Positions 13,167-27,383 of a stretch of 60,045 nucleotides of DNA are shown here, one piece after another; within the stretch, counting starts at the first letter, position 1, and every line of letters begins with the position of its first letter. Source of the DNA: Chiloscyllium plagiosum (Eukaryota); the NCBI RefSeq assembly GCF_004010195.1, contig NW_025215039.1:1-60045 (forward strand). The letters are read 5' to 3'. The position numbers and the translations under genes are program-made. The notes under the pieces were generated by a model that did not search any database, had not been told where the DNA came from, and saw nothing but the letters and a program-made list of their open reading frames with translations.

Positions 13167-13437
13167 TTGTGTCTTAATGACACTAGTGTTTGTGTCTGTG
13201 TGCGCGCATGTGTGTGTTCATCTGCTTGTCATCTGTGTATTTGTGTGTCTACATCTGTCGTTCTGTGTATCAGCCTATATATTTCTCTCTGTGTTTGTGT
13301 CTATTTGTGTGTGGCTGTATGTCTGTGTGTGTTTCTACGTGTGTGCATACCTATCCGCTTGTATGTATTGTGTTTGTTCACATATTGGGGTGTTTACCAA
13401 TAATTCTGTGTATTCCTATGTCTGCATCTCTGTGCAA
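13167..13437. repeat. Degenerate (TG)n-rich low-complexity tract
   Basis: Dense TGTG/TGTC/TGTA runs. Confidence 0.85.
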
Positions 13438-14139
13438 TGAGGTATCTGTGGGTTTTTTTGGGAGTGAAAGGACTGTCGTTGGAACTGCCAGTGGGTATAA
13501 ACTGAGAATTGTCTTTCACTGAGCACTGCACCTTAATCAGTCAGTGGGGCATGGATGTTTCAGAAATTCCACGCGAGGCATCCCATTCCACTTCATCTCA
13601 TACTAGGGTCCTACCCACATGGCGGGGGGAGGGGATGAGGGAACGGATATCGGGCACTCCACCACCCAGCTTGGCCCTTTCTGTTCTGTTCCAGGCTGTT
13701 TCTCTTGGAATGGGAGAAAGGGAGGGAGGGAATGAGGGCAGGAGTGGGTGTTAGTGCTGGTGGAGGTGGTGCTGGGGGGAATTGTGAGTGTCTGGAATGA
13801 GGCAGTTGACAGTTTTGAATCCATGTGGCGTTATTAATGTGGGGTGTATTGCGTAGGTGACAGAGAAAGTGAGGGAAGGAAGTTCCCGAATTCAATAGTG
13901 AGAGTGGTAGTGCCTTAGCCTTATTTGGAGATAGAGCATGAGGATTGTCTGGGGGTAGGTGCTATAACAGATACACAGTGAGTGTGAGAGAGCAGACCTT
14001 TATCCTGATAGAACGTGGAGGTTATTGATGCTTGTCCTGTGTTGATGGACATGACTTCAGATCATCTCAGTGTCCAGATGACTCTCCCCGAATGTTTTGT
14101 CCAAGTCTAACACTAATAATGACAAAGACCTGTCCCTCA

Positions 14140-14650
14140 GCTTCCACAGAATCAGTTTGGGTAGAGCTTACAAATGGGAAGGAGAAGCAAATATTGGTGT
14201 GTTATATATCGAAACCAAAACGGCTGCAGAAAATTTGAGCATCACATGCACTCGAAATTAGATAGGCAAGTATTGTCGATACCGCAGTCTTATTGGATGG
14301 TCGCAAGTTGTATCCAAACTGCATTAACTAAGTGACTGCTCATGCTGTGTAAAATAAAGTCCATAAGTTTATATGAGGTGGGTTGAAGAATATGCTGTGA
14401 AGCAAACTAGAGAATAGGTTATTTCGGATTTGGTGTTGTGTGGTCAGAATGACGAATTACTAACCTTGCTCTGAAGCAGATTTTAGGAAATAGTGACGTT
14501 AATAATGTGGATTTTACACGTTGCCTGCATACAATATAGTATGCTTGATCATTCTGGATAAACATTATGGAAGCCTGGAGGCTAGAGGGTCACGTTTGTT
14601 CCAGTGAATTGGGAAAGTACAATATAGCATTCAGTGGGAGGCAAGCAATG
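14140..14650 (+). mobile_element. Old CR1 endonuclease-region fragment
   Basis: TESVWVELTNGK in ORF 14032-14238. Confidence 0.6.
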
Positions 14651-14654
14651 TTTG

Positions 14655-16360
14655 TTAGAGTCATAGAGTCCCACAGCACGGAGACAGACCCTTTGGTCCA
14701 AAATAGTCCATTCCAACAACATGTCCATCCACGCTAACCCCACTTCACTGCCATTGCCCAATATTCTTGAAATACTTTCCTAATCGTGTATTTGGCCAAA
14801 TGACTTTTAACGGTTGTGAAAGTAGCCAACACAACCTCTTACGCTGGCAGCTCATTCTATATGCGTAAAAAGTTCCCTTGTAAAAAAATTCTTCCTCAGG
14901 TTCCCTTTTATTCTTTTCCCTCTCGCCTTAAACTGATTCCCTCTAGACTGTGATTGCCCAACACTGAGGGGAAAAAAGACCGCGTGCATCCACTCTGTCC
15001 CTGCCTGTCATGATTTTATACACTTATTTCATATACCCCTCAGCCTCATACACGCTAAAGTAAAAAACGTCCTAGCTTGTCCAATCTCTCCCTATAACTC
15101 AGATCATTGAGGCGGCAACATTGTTGTAAATTTGTCCTGTACTCTTTCCAGCTTAATAGCATCTATGACTCTCACAACCATTGCTTGCCTTCCAGTGAAC
15201 GAAACTGAACATAACGCCACCTGTATGGCCTCACCAGCATCCTGTATAACTGCAACGTACCGCTCTAATTTCGATACACAGTGATATACACTGATGAAGG
15301 CCACTGTGCCAAAAGCTTTCTTCACTGTCCTGTCTATCTCTGAATCATCTTTCAGAGAACCATGCACCTGAATTCTGAGGTGCCTCTGTTCCACTACACT
15401 CCTAAAGACCCAATCATTCACCATGAAACTCCAACCTTGATTTGACTTGTCAAAATGGAAGATCTTTCACTGATCTATATTAAAATCCATTTGCCATTTC
15501 TCACCCCACTTCCCCAGCTGATCAAGGTATTGCTGTAATTTCTAAATTTCTGATAACCTTCCTCAATCTGCATGATGCTGCCTATTTTAGTGTCGTCTTC
15601 ATACTTACAAATCATGCCTGTACATTTTCATCTAAACAATAGATATATGTAACGTGTAGTGGTCCCAGTACCAGCCCCTGAGTCATTCCAATAGTCACAG
15701 ATCTCCAGTCTGACAGCATTATTTCAGTATTACCCTCTGCTTCCTACCATCAAGCCAGTTTGGTATCGAATTTGCCAGTTCTCCTCAATTCCATGTGATC
15801 TAACCTTCCAGAGCAGCGTACCATGTGGAAGTTTAATGAAGGCCTTACTGGAATCCATCTAGGCTATGTATACCACCCTGCCCTCCTCAACGTTGCTGGT
15901 CACTTCATCAAAGAACTCCAACAAATCTGTGAGTCATGATCTCCCATGCACAAAGCCGTGCTGACTTTGATGAAGGGCTTTTGCCTGAAAACATCGATTT
16001 TCCTGTTCCTCGGATGCTGCATGACCTACTGTGCTTTTCCAACACCATTCTAATGTTACTCCGAATCAATCATTCCCTGTCGCTCCAAATGCAAGTATAT
16101 CCAATCTCTCCGAACCTTCTCAAGTACCTTACCTACTAGATTATAGGTTTACTGGCCTTTGGTTCCCAGGTTTATCTTTGTAGCCATTCTTGAATAAGGG
16201 CTCAGCATTTGCTACCCTACAGTCGTCCGGGACCTCAGTCCTTGGCCAGCGATGATGGAAAAGAACCAACCAGGGCACCCGCAATTTCTTCTCTATTCTT
16301 CTGCAGTGTTCCTGAATATATCTGGTCAGGGCCAGGAGATTTATATAAATACTGCAAAGT
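14655..16360 (-). mobile_element. CR1/HER1-type LINE 3' half with a P2 PLE fragment at about 15965-16050
   Basis: TAGAGTCATAGAGTC tail; KLERVQ and KSPGPDQIY motifs in ORFs 15104-15424 and 16235-16432. Confidence 0.85.
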
Positions 16361-16439
16361 CTGAAAAATATCTCTATTTATTTCAGGCACAAACACCAAA
16401 GAAAGGGAAAGTGACTCAATGAAGTTTAACATAACAAAT

Positions 16440-19400
16440 TAGAAAATATATTAATCATAGGAAGTGACTTCAGAAGAATTCCAGATATTGTGTAAATCTG
16501 ACAATTCTCAGAAATTAAGGGCCAGAAAAGGAAGGCCGTGAAACTGATTAGGAAATCAAAAAGAGAATGCGCATGATAACGAACAGGGACACAAAGACTG
16601 CATCAATCTACGATCTATATTTCAAAGGAAACAAAATAAAAGCATGGTCAAATGTGGAAATTTGTAATCGCGAGAGGAGAGCTTATTGTGGAGGACAGGG
16701 AAATTGCAAAGAAAATAACCAGTTACTTTGCGTCAGTCTTCATGGAGGAAGATCCAGAAATACCAAGTTATCATATCGGCCTTCTGCAGCTAAATACATA
16801 AAGTTAATTTATATCAATAACAAGGTAGTACCTGAACATGTAGCTGGATTGACGAAACAGATGCACTTCCTATAAAATGCCAGAACTAAATCACCAGTAG
16901 AAGTATTAGTTGCACTGTTGATGACTGTGTTTTATTTTCCTGTACATTCTGCAGAGACCGAAAGTCATTGTAGATAAATGGAAGTTAGTAAACGTGAGCC
17001 AAGCATAGCAGATGAATAGAAGGGATCATCCAAGCAGCTACAAAGGGATGAAGACATAATTTGGAGAACTGCAGACCAATTAACTTGACACCTGTAGGGA
17101 AACTGTTGGAATCTATTACACAGGGGATTTTTGATATGTAGTATTTAGCGGCAACAATGGAGAGAATCAGCAAGCATTTCTGATACAGAAATCATACTTG
17201 ATAAACTTCGGAATCGTTTCAAGTTGTTTCTTACAGCATAGATAATGGGGAACCAGTAGAAGTGGCATATATTGGATTTTCGGAAGGTTTCTATACGAAC
17301 TCAAACAGTGAGTTCGCAAATGTAATGAATGTGAAGGGTATTTGGAGGAATATATGTAATTGGAAAGTTAAAGTTTGGTTCACCTTCATTTAAATGAGTC
17401 AGAACATTGATGTAAAGACATGTTGAAGCAGTTTCACAGCATGTTGGTGGGACTGTACCTGGAGTATTGTGCATATTTTTGGCGACCGAGTCTGATAAAA
17501 AATATAATGACCACAGAGGAAGTGCAGTGGACATTCTCCAGATTAATCCTTCAGATGGCGAGATTGCCTGATGAGGAAACTTAGCCTACATTCTCTAGAG
17601 TTTCAAAGAATGAGAGGTGGGTCACAGTGAAATTTAGAAAATTCAGAAAACATATGACACTTTGGAAATTAACAGATTGCTTTCCTGACTGTCTAATCTA
17701 CATTCAAGGCAAATAATGCAAGGACCTGGGCTCGGCCATTTAAGATGGCAATAAGGAGGAAATTCTTCACTTGGAATGGGCATACGAACACAGGGGTATA
17801 GAAACCTGCTGGCAGTTAAGATTATGGAGAATCTCCAGATGTTCTACAAGTGTGTCAATCGGAACTGAATAACAAGAGAACAGGTAGGACTTATTAGTGA
17901 CTTGCCAAGTTGCATCCAAATCAACTTTAGTGTTAGGAAACATAGGATGGTGGTAGAAGGCTGTTTGTATGACTGGAGGCCAGTGTCCAATGATACACCA
18001 CGGGGATCAGACATGTGTCCCTTATTATTTGTGATTTGGAGGTGCTGATGTTGGACTGGGGTGGACAAAGCTAAAACTCGCATAACACCAGGTTATAGGC
18101 CAACCGGTTTGTTCGGAGGCACGAGCTTTCGAAGCACACAATCACCTGGTGAAGAAGCAGCGCTTCGAAAGCTAGTGCCTCCGAATAAATCTGTTAGATT
18201 ATAAGTTGATGTCATGTGATGTTTAACCTTATTATTTGTGGTATTCATATATGATGCAGTTGTGTATGTGGACATGGGAGGGGGGTGATAAGTAAGTTTG
18301 TGTTTGGCCGGGTGGTTGGCAGTGACGAAGAAGGTCTCATGTTACAGAAAGATACAGATGGAATGGTCAGATAGGTGAATCAATGGCAGATGGAATGTAA
18401 CCCTGATAAACATGAGGTGATGTACTTTGGAGGAAGGAACCAGACAGGGGAGGACTCAATGAATAGCAACACACTAGGAAACTCAGACGGTGCTTCTCCG
18501 CACATTCTTGAATGTGACTAGGAAAGTTAATAAGTTTTTGAGAAAGCATAGGGGAGAGTAAGCACAGCCTTAATACATCGAGGCATAGAGTGTAAGAGCT
18601 ATGTGGAACTTTGGTAAGACCAAGATGGAATACAGTGTGCAGTTCTGGGAGCCACATTACAGGAAGGATGTGATTGCACTTGAGGAGTGCAGAGGAGATT
18701 CGCTAGGATGTTCCCTTAGATGGAGCAAATCAGCTATGGAGAGAGGCTGGATAAGCTCGGGTTGTTTAGTTTGGAGGAGAGAAGGCTGGGGGGGCCGTGA
18801 TTAAGAAGAATAGGATGACGAGGTACATGGACAGGGTAGATAGACAGCAGCTGTTCCTTTTAGTCAAATGGCCGCACTTTTAAAGTGAAGGGTTTGACGT
18901 TTAGTGAGGATTTGAGGACTGCTTTTCACCCAGAGGGTGTTGGGGTCTGGAATGCACATCTTGAGAGGGGAGTTGTCATGGTAACCTCACAAACATTAGA
19001 AAATACACTGTTGTGCACTTGAAATGCCATAAGATTCTAGGAATGGCATTGGCACACTGACCAGTGTATATAGACCCAGCAAGTAGGGAGCTGTAACATC
19101 GAAAAGAATCTGGTTCTCCCTGTATACCAGTCACTGAAAGCAATATTGCAGGAGCAGAAACTGGGTAGGCAGATAAATGGTGTATTCACCTTCATTTCTG
19201 GGGGCTTTGAATACTTGACTAGGGGTCATTTACTGCAGCTGTACAGGGCCTCAGTGGGACCCCATCTCGAACATTGTGCTGTATTGTGTGCAGTGTTGGT
19301 CTCCGTAACTAATCAAGGACAAACCTGACATTGAGGGAGAGTAGTGAAGACTGATCTCTGGGATGACAGGCTTGTATTTGGAGCAGAATTTGGGACAACT

Positions 19401-19725
19401 GGGCCGTTATTCCATGGGCTTTAGGAAAATGAGTGAAGATCTCATTGAAATATATAAAACTCTGACATTATGAGACAGATTGGAAGCAGGGATGATAATT
19501 CCCCAGGCTGGGATGTCTAAAACAATGGGCCACAGTTTTCGGATCAGGCAGACCACTCTGCATTGAGATGAGAATAAATGTCTGCACTCAGAGACTGGTA
19601 CCCTGGGGAACTCTCTCCCAGATCAGGCTGTGGAAGTTGAAGCGCTGAATATAAATAAGGATTTCTGGAAATTAAAGGGACAGGGAGAGAGCAGGAGTGT
19701 GGTGTGAAGATAGAAGATCAGTTAT
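16440..19725 (+). mobile_element. Cluster of degenerate plus-strand CR1 fragments (about 16440-17790, 17830-19040 and 19100-19725)
   Basis: MEYSVQFWEPHYRKDVIALE and LLQLYRASVGPHLEHC motifs; several CR1 3' tails. Confidence 0.8.
18034..18226. mobile_element. Fold-back PLE insertion (family P1) inside a CR1, 14-bp TSD
   Basis: Inverted arms; CCTTATTATTTGTG at 18020-18033 and 18227-18240; CR1 sequence resumes after the second copy. Confidence 0.85.
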
Positions 19726-19730
19726 CATTC

Positions 19731-20435
19731 CCGGTGGTTCTCCAATAACACGGTAGCTGTGTTCCTGTGCAACACTGTGTTGTAGACAATCGTGCAATAT
19801 TAATAATGGGGCCAATCGGAAAAAGAGGGTAAGGGGCACACCCCCCCAATTATCAGTAAAAAACGAAAATTAAGTTTAATCTAACACGCACACTAGCACA
19901 GACTAAATAAATCTTTAAATCACATATTGTAATGGAACTGTGCTGTAAACGTAAAACTTTCACACTACAGCCACTGACTACAGCAGTGTACCTTTCACCA
20001 CACTCTTCACCAGAACGCGTGTGGGGCTGATCTACAGTATCAGATGATAACCCAGTTTTAGCTGCAATATCTACAATTCAATTCTACTGACTGTCCCCCG
20101 TTCACACACCGAGATCCATTCAGCCATCAGCCCTGTATTCAGTGACTTTACCTGGTTTCTGATACGGTAATACTTCCGTTGTCATATTTTCATTCCGCTG
20201 AAAGTCTTTCCTTGATATCACACCTCCAACTTGTTACTTTCGCTCAATCCATTTAAGGTATTAACCTGTATTTTTTTCCTTTCTGTAATGCCATCTTCTG
20301 AGTTTGAAGTGAACGTGTTTCCCTCTGTTTTTCTGGCTGAACATGATTAAGAGCTCTGTAGTGTCAGTGATGCTAGCCTTATGTAATTTCAGATTCAACG
20401 AACCTGTGCACCATGCGTTATCGTTCAGTCCCCAG
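19731..20435. mobile_element. Possible Tigger/Tc1-mariner-like non-autonomous relic
   Basis: Left end CCGGTGGTTCTCCAATAACACG resembles such termini; right end only weakly complementary (TGCGTTATC). Confidence 0.25.
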
Positions 20436-20499
20436 TATACGGCGCTCCATGTTGGACAGTTTTTCTGAGCATCTTTGACATACTTCTTTAGAAATTGTT

Positions 20500-20780
20500 C
20501 AAAAACAGAAATCGCTGAAGAAACGGCTGAATATGTTGCAACATCTTCTTGAGTTAATGCAGAGTTAAACTTTCAGGTCCAGTGACCCTCTACAAAGCTC
20601 CCAGTTTCTCCAGCATTTTTTGTATTTTTGTTTCCGGTTTCCATAGTTTTTTGTTTAATTGAAAATTTTTGCTGCACCTATTCATTTCTGGAGAAAGTCA
20701 GCAGATCTGTCAGCATCTGCAGAGACAGAGAAAGAGAGTTAGCGTTTCCACTCTAGTGTGACACGTCTTCAGAACTGAAA
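20500..20780 (-). mobile_element. Degenerate PLE family P3 fragments
   Basis: AGAGTTAAACTTTCAGGTCCAGTGACCCT and TCTTCAGAAC match the P3 copies at 26565 and 54905. Confidence 0.6.
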
Positions 20781-21139
20781 CGGATTGGAAAATGGGCTTG
20801 TTGATGCCTTGCCAGAGGTGAGGGACGGATGACAGGGAAAGGAGGGTGTGGCAAAGATAAACGGGTTTTTAGCACTATGGGTGAATGAGAAATGATGTAA
20901 AACGGTTTTAAAGTAAGATGTGAAGGGGGGACAGGGTTTTCTCTACTGAGTACAAGATAAAGAAGTCACAACCATACAAGGTCATAGCGAGGCCAGGAGG
21001 GAGAATGTTGATTATGTGGCATTATATAGATTGGACCATAAATACGTTTTCGTTGTCAAGATCAGCGCCCCCCACCCCTCCCCCACCTTAGATAAAGGAA
21101 TCCATGTGCTTGACTTCTTATTGGGACTAGTAAACGTTT

Positions 21140-21550
21140 CATGCTGCAGCCTCCAATACTCCAGGGAAAACAGCCCCAGCCTATTCAGCCTCTCCCTATA
21201 GCTCAAATCCTCTAATCCTGGCTGAGAGTTTTGAAAAATGAAGGCTGACCTTATGGAAACATATGAGATTCTGAGGCGCATAGATGTTGAGAAAATGTTT
21301 CCACTAGTGGAGAAATCACAAACTAGGGGACAGCGTTCTCAGATTAATGATGCCTGGAATTCTCTACCCCAGAGTACTGCGTAGGCTAAACCACAATGTA
21401 TTTAAAGTTGAGGTAGATCCCTTTTTTGAAAGGATTGAGGGCTATGGTGAGCTGGCATGAAAGAGTTGAGCCTTAAACCAGATTAGCAATAATCTTATAG
21501 AATTATGGGGGTGGGCTAGAGGGACTGAATGGCCTACTCTTGCTCCTATT
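21140..21550. mobile_element. CR1 3' fragments in opposite orientations
   Basis: LSYRERLNRLGLFSLE on the minus strand, then a plus-strand CR1 tail. Confidence 0.7.
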
Positions 21551-22090
21551 CCATCTCCATTCTAATGCAAATAGTGAATCCCTTCAACATCGAGATCACA
21601 TTGACTAAAATAAGCAAGAGAAACACAAGATTAAAAAAAGATGTCAATAAAGGTCAACTCAACTATTAAGGGGAATGTCTAGTCTGGTAAAGGATTAATT
21701 CAAGTTCTGTGCACAAAATTTATGTTTGCATGAATTGGTCAATGTTTGCAACAAATTTGTATACCAGGCAGTGGATGTGGTTACTATAGATTTTTTCTAG
21801 GTCAGTAGTCAACATGGGACAAATTTCACTTCAAATCAGAAAAATATCCCATTTCAGATCTTGGAACTAGTAGAAAAAGTCTAGAAGTCTAGATTTGACT
21901 AAACTAACTTTAAACTAAAAAAGAAATCACAGAAATCTACATGAATAAACTAAAGAAAGATTTTATGAACAACATATGGAACAGGCACACTGTGACATCA
22001 TTCAGTGACTTGCTTCTATTTAAAAATAACTGTAAACATTTTGAAGCCAAAAAAATAAAAAAATGACTCATGGCAGGTTACAGGTCTTAA

Positions 22091-22096
22091 TTTATT
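22091..22096 (-). terminator. Candidate polyadenylation signal AATAAA of the minus-strand gene
   Basis: TTTATT on plus, followed on the minus strand by a U-rich tract (22048-22064). Confidence 0.4.
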
Positions 22097-22749
22097 CAGC
22101 ACAATCTCCTCTGTGAATATAGCACAACAGCAAACTTGTCTTGCAGTTACAGCAAAGATTAGATACAAAATTGGAGTGCAGGTACAAAGATTCATGCAAT
22201 TCTAGTTTAAATATACAGTGAAACCTGACACTGTCACAAATTCAGTTTAAATCTTCAACTGTAAGCTATTCAAGCTCCACAATGCCCTGAATCGGACTTG
22301 GACTGCTTTGTATACTCTTCCTGCAACTTCTCACAATAACCACCAGCCATGCTTTCAGCCATTTAATCTGCACGTACTGGCACTCAAAATCCTGTCTCTC
22401 TCTCTACCCTATTTCTTCCTTTTCAAAAAAAAAGGATTAAATTATTCGGAATTATAATGGCCAATACAGCTTGGTGCCCATTTTTGTTTCTACATTTACA
22501 CCTCTGAAGAAGTAGCACTCTGAAGATGCTGTATAACAGCAAGTTACAGTAAAGGATGCTCCTGCTGTGGGCAGTCTAGCAAGCTCACCCTTTTGATATC
22601 TTGACCTCAAACTCTTGCTGTTAAGACCCAACCTTCCTTTGTGTCGGAGTAATTTTCTCTGCATTAATCCTATCCTCACTCAGAAAATAAGTTCCATGCT
22701 GAGCATGAAGCTACACAGTGTATAATAATTAGGAAGATTAAACACTTCA

Positions 22750-23640
22750 ATCATATTGACATCTTTTTGCGATTGGCTATTTGTGCCTCTAATAACCAAA
22801 TTCACATTCTCAGCTCATCTGCTGCTGAAAGCTCATGCCTTTACTACTTTTAAACTGGATGACTCCTTTGCAATCCTGATTGGTCTCCCACATTTAACCA
22901 TCATAAATTTCAAGCATCCAAAATTCTGTTGCCCACATCCTAATTTCTGATGGAGGGCTTTATGCCTGAAACGTTAATTCTCTGCTCCTCAGATGCTGCC
23001 TGACCTGCTGTGTTTTTCCAGCACCACAGTTTTCGACACTGATCTCCAGCATCTGCAGTCCTCACTTTCTCCTGCCCACATCTTAACTCAGATTCTATTG
23101 CCCCACTATCCCCCTGTTCTCTTTCCTACAGAGGCAAACAACATCTCAGTTTTGAAAGCTCACCCTGGCGTTCAAATCCCTCCCTATATCTAATCTCCCC
23201 AGGCCCCACGACCCCTTCTGCATTCTAACTAGAGTCTTTAGTCCACCCAATTTTAATCCCTCCATCGGCAGCCATGTTTAATTTGCCCATTCCTGGACTT
23301 CCCAAAGTGGGGGTCAGGAGCCCAAGTGGAGTCATAAGTGGAAAGCCTGGAGTCACAGGCTGCAAAGAAAGTAACAGCCAAACACTGTTCCACACCTTCT
23401 CACCCTCTCTGACAACACTCGGTGAGAAGCTGTGGGGGGTTTCAAGCCTGAGAATGGGAAAAAAGGGTTTTGAAAGCACCACTGCAAGCTTTGAAATTCT
23501 TTCCCTGCAACTTAATTTCCTACTATAAAGCATCACTTCAAATCTCCATCTTTGACTAAGCTTTTGGTCATCTGACTGATACCTCACGCATTGTTTTACA
23601 ATACTGCTCTGAAGCTCCTCAGGGAGTTTTGATACATTAA
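22750..23640 (+). mobile_element. Old L2-type LINE 3' remnant with a P2 PLE fragment at about 22945-23070
   Basis: LKAHAFTTFKLDD (L2 HAFVTSRLDY-like); P2 tail GATGCTGCCTGACCTGCTGTG. Confidence 0.6.
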
Positions 23641-24889
23641 AATGCAATATGAAACCCAGAAAAACTCCCAAATTTGGTTTGGGTCGGAGAAGGGTTGACG
23701 AGCTTTGCGTCCAGAGATAAATCAGTCCAAATGGACAAAATTGAACTGCAGTGGGTTACGATCTCTGGGTAGGTGCAAAGCCAAGTGTAAGTGGTAAGTT
23801 AGTCAAAACTGCAGTGGCTTAAAAATTAAAAAAAAATAACCAAGTGCTCTTTACAACTGGTGCCAAGATTCCTTTTGCCAACATATTTCACTTCAGATTA
23901 ATCGAATTACTATCATTCTGTTGTCATTGGAATCTTGTTGTCTGTAAATTGCAATGCAGGAAGCACAGCAGCCAATGTCAATGTTTCAAAATGTTCTTCA
24001 CTGTCTGAACAGCGGGAATTTCATAACGTTGTGAAAGATGCTAAATGTCTTTCTCTAATCTCTCTAAACTCCCCAACCTGCGCTTGAAGTTGCACCACCT
24101 ATGTTATTTGCATAATTTACCCAGAGTTCTATCCATAGCCAAGTCATCCCAACTGAAGCGTGTTACATTATCCTTCCTTCTGCTGAAAATAGACTCTCAT
24201 CTTCTGCATTTTAATCAACACAGGCCCCATGAGGAAGAAGGTTGAATAACTTATATTGAACATGCCCAGAGGGCACATTTGTAAATCAAAACATGGATAA
24301 ATACTGCCCATTCAGCTCACAAATGAGAGTTTAAGTTTGCTTTGTCAAAATTTCTCTATGCACATGGAATGAGGCATCCATGAACCCAAAGGGAACCAAT
24401 CTCAAAAATGATTACCACAATATTAAGTGAACAAATTAAACCTGTGAAATAGCAACATGAAAAATGAATATTTGAACAGACTGATCAACTAAACCTTTTT
24501 GAGAATGAAACAATGACGAGAAACAGACTGGTGCATTCAATTCAGTCAATTAATGCAAAATAATAGATAAAAATTAAAACAATAAAATGGAATTAAGTTT
24601 AAAAATACCATTTTCACAGCACGAGCAGCAAAACTTTCACATGGAATTAAAGTTATAAAATCATTGGCTACTGTGAGCAGAAAGCAACAGTTCGGGGTGT
24701 GTTGTGCAGTTACAGTGTAAGCATTCAGACTTCGAGCAAGATTTTTGGATTTATGTCAAATCACGCTTAAATTTTAGAGTTTCATAAAACAATTAAAACA
24801 ACAGATCTGACTCAGCATTTGATGCCCTGACCTTCCTAGAACCTAGGAAAACAAACACTTTCTATAATTATAGTGCCTCTCACATCCTT

Positions 24890-25130
24890 AAGATGTCATG
24901 CAGTATTTCAGAGCCAGCAATTTCTTTTGAAAGCAAACGCAGTAGCCAATTATGCACAGCAAGGTCCAATGAATTACTCGGGGATAAACAATCAGTCTGT
25001 TTTTGGTGGCAATGACAGAGGAATGCATGCTACTTAGGATTTTTTTTACATCCTCTTGAAAACTCAGAAGTTTGTTTCTAGTATCTCTTCTGAAAGACAG
25101 CATGCTTCGTAATGCAGCATTCTCCCTTCA
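24890..25130 (-). mobile_element. DeuSINE/SacSINE-like relic
   Basis: Minus strand CTTGCTGTGCATAATTGGCTACTGCGTTT resembles the Deu core. Confidence 0.55.
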
Positions 25131-25667
25131 CAGCCAAAACATGGACAGGGAATGAGCCAGTGGGTCAGAGAGCAAGTGAGAGCCAGTGACAGAAGTATAG
25201 CATTTCGGATCTAGTTCAGCTGCTTAATATGCCAAGGGATTTACAATAATACAAATTGTCAAAATGTCAACTTCTATTTCACTTGCTGCAGGTTATCCAA
25301 CAGGACAGATTACTGTAAGCAGAGTTAATTCAATAAAATAAAACAAGCTGCCCAAAAAGAAAATCCGATACACAGTGCTACAGACACAAGATGGGATTTT
25401 AAAGGGAATACTAACTCAGTAAGAGGATTATTTCTACATAAAGTGCTGGAGCATAGGGTCAGTTTAAACTGAAAATCAGTAGTTGACAGCACCTCACAAC
25501 ACCCCCAAAAAGGAATATTTTAAATCAGTAGCTTAAAGAAGGGGGAAAGAGAGCAAGAGTGGCATAAGGTTGGGGAATTCCAAAAGTTTAACATCCAGTT
25601 AACCAATAGGAACTGTAAGCAATAGTGAATAATTAAAAATCAGGCCCAACTCCCGAGGTAAGTCCAC

Positions 25668-25757
25668 AGCCACCTGATGAAGGAGCAGTGGTCTGAAAGC
25701 TAGTGCTTCCAAATAACCTGATGGACGATAACCTGGTGTTGTGTGATTTTTAAAGTT
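25668..25757 (+). mobile_element. PLE family P1 fragment with a decayed hammerhead
   Basis: CACCTGATGAAGGAGCAGTGGTCTGAAAGCTAGTG...CCTGGTGTTGTGTGATTTTTAA. Confidence 0.75.
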
Positions 25758-26129
25758 GAACCCATGGTCTCTTAACTCGAAAGTGGTGAGCATACCACTA
25801 AATGAGCCACAATAACATTTGCATTGTGGCTAATACACTGCAAGAAAACAGCACTTGCTAAATGTTACAATTTCAAATGCCCCAATTATTTTAGAGGATC
25901 CAGTGGAGGCAACAAAACACTGCATACTTCAGGCTCACCCAAGTGCACCTTGTCTCAACTCATTGGCTGAGATTCTTGTGCATGCCTTTGTTACCTCAAG
26001 TCTGGAGTATTACAATATTCTTGTAGTCAGCCAAAAAGTTTTCTATCCTACACTTTTCCATTCATTCACCAAATTCTGTTACCCATGCGTCAACAACATT
26101 GTCTGGTAAATACCAGCATTGTAATGTGG

Positions 26130-27250
26130 CACGTGGCTCAAGTAGATCCTGCACACAAAAAGCAGGACAAATGCAACCAGACCAACCCCATCAGTTTACT
26201 CTCGATGGAAGGTGTCACTGACCGTTAACGAGCAGCACTTGCTCGCCAAAACGTACTCACCGACAGTTTGGGCTCCACCAGAGCCACTCAGTTCCTAACC
26301 TCTTAAAGCCTAGGCTTAAAACATGGACCAATAAAAGGGTAAAGGGAGTGCAATTGTACTTGCTATCAAGGCCACATTTGCAGCAAGTGTGGCATCACAG
26401 TATCCAAGCAAAACCAGAGAGTCAGTGAGAATTGGGAGAAAATCTCTCTGGTTGTATTTATATTTAGCATAAAGGAAGGTGATTGTGGTTGTTGGAGGTC
26501 AGCCATCTCACCTCCAGTGTAGGTTCTTTGGAGCAGTGGCCAAGGCCAAACCATACACAAACACAAAAACAGAAATTGCTGGAAAAGCTCAGTAGGTCTG
26601 GCAGTATCTGTGAAGAGAAATCAGAGTTAATGTTTCAGGTCAAGTGACTCTTCTTCAGAGACAGACTTGCTGAGCTTTTCCAGCAATTTCTGTTATTGTC
26701 TCTGATGTATAGCATCTGCAGTTCTTTCAGTTTTTACCAAACATATACAGCTTCTTCAATGGCCTTTGACCTTCATAAGTCGGTCAGAGGTTAATAATGT
26801 TTGCTGATGATTTCAGCACCATTCATGATCCTCAGATACTGAAGCAGTGATTGGCCAAATGCAGCAAGACCTGGACAATATCCATGTTTGGGCTGACAAG
26901 TGACAAGTAACATTCACATGACAGAAATGCCAGGCAACTACCATCTGCACTCAGAGATCTAACCATCACCCCTTGACATTCAATGGCACTACTATCACCA
27001 ACATGCTGTGGGTTACCATTGACCAGTAAGTCAACTGGACGAGCCATATAAATACAGTGACAAGACCAGGCCAGGGCTAGGAATACTGCAGTGAGTCACT
27101 CACTTCCTGATTTCCCAAAGTCTTACCATCATCTACAAGGCACATGTCAGGAGTGTGATGGAATATTCCTCAATAGCCTGGATGACAGCAGCTCCAAAAG
27201 CACTTAAGAGGCTTTACACAATCCAGAACAAAGCAGCCCACTTCATTGGG
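26130..27250 (+). mobile_element. L2/CR1-group LINE RT remnant with a fold-back P3 PLE at about 26565-26735
   Basis: ATGTTTGCTGATGAT (MFADD); homologous to 39370-41750. Confidence 0.7.
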
Positions 27251-27321
27251 CTCAGCCCTGTTTCCCTACATTGTCAAATAGAAAAAGATATTCTAGATAT
27301 TTATAAAGAATAGGAACTTAC

Positions 27322-27383
27322 CCAAGTTTGGAAATATAATCAGCAAGCAACAAGATGATGGAACTGAGCAGGTGTAAAAAGCC
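27322..27383 (-). CDS. Putative internal exon E (62 nt), GFLHLLSSIILLLADYISKL(G)
   Basis: Acceptor CACTAACTGTTTCAG, donor GG|GTAAGT; unique sequence between repeats; phase fits both neighbours. Confidence 0.55.

Larger units (their letters stand above)
22075..24842 (-). other. Putative terminal exon (7 coding nt G TTC TAG at 24836-24842, then an AT-rich 3' UTR containing old repeats)
   Basis: Acceptor GTTTGTTTTCCTAG ending at 24843; UTR-like U-rich unique sequence; true 3' end uncertain. Confidence 0.45.

Noticed and set aside
13167..13522. Cys/Val-rich ORFs in three frames
   Set aside because: Translation of a (TG)n tract.
25371..25410. CACAGTG heptamers (also near 15277, 22715 and 53540) as V(D)J recombination signals
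   Set aside because: No ACAAAAACC-like nonamer at 12 or 23 nt spacing and no V, D or J segments.
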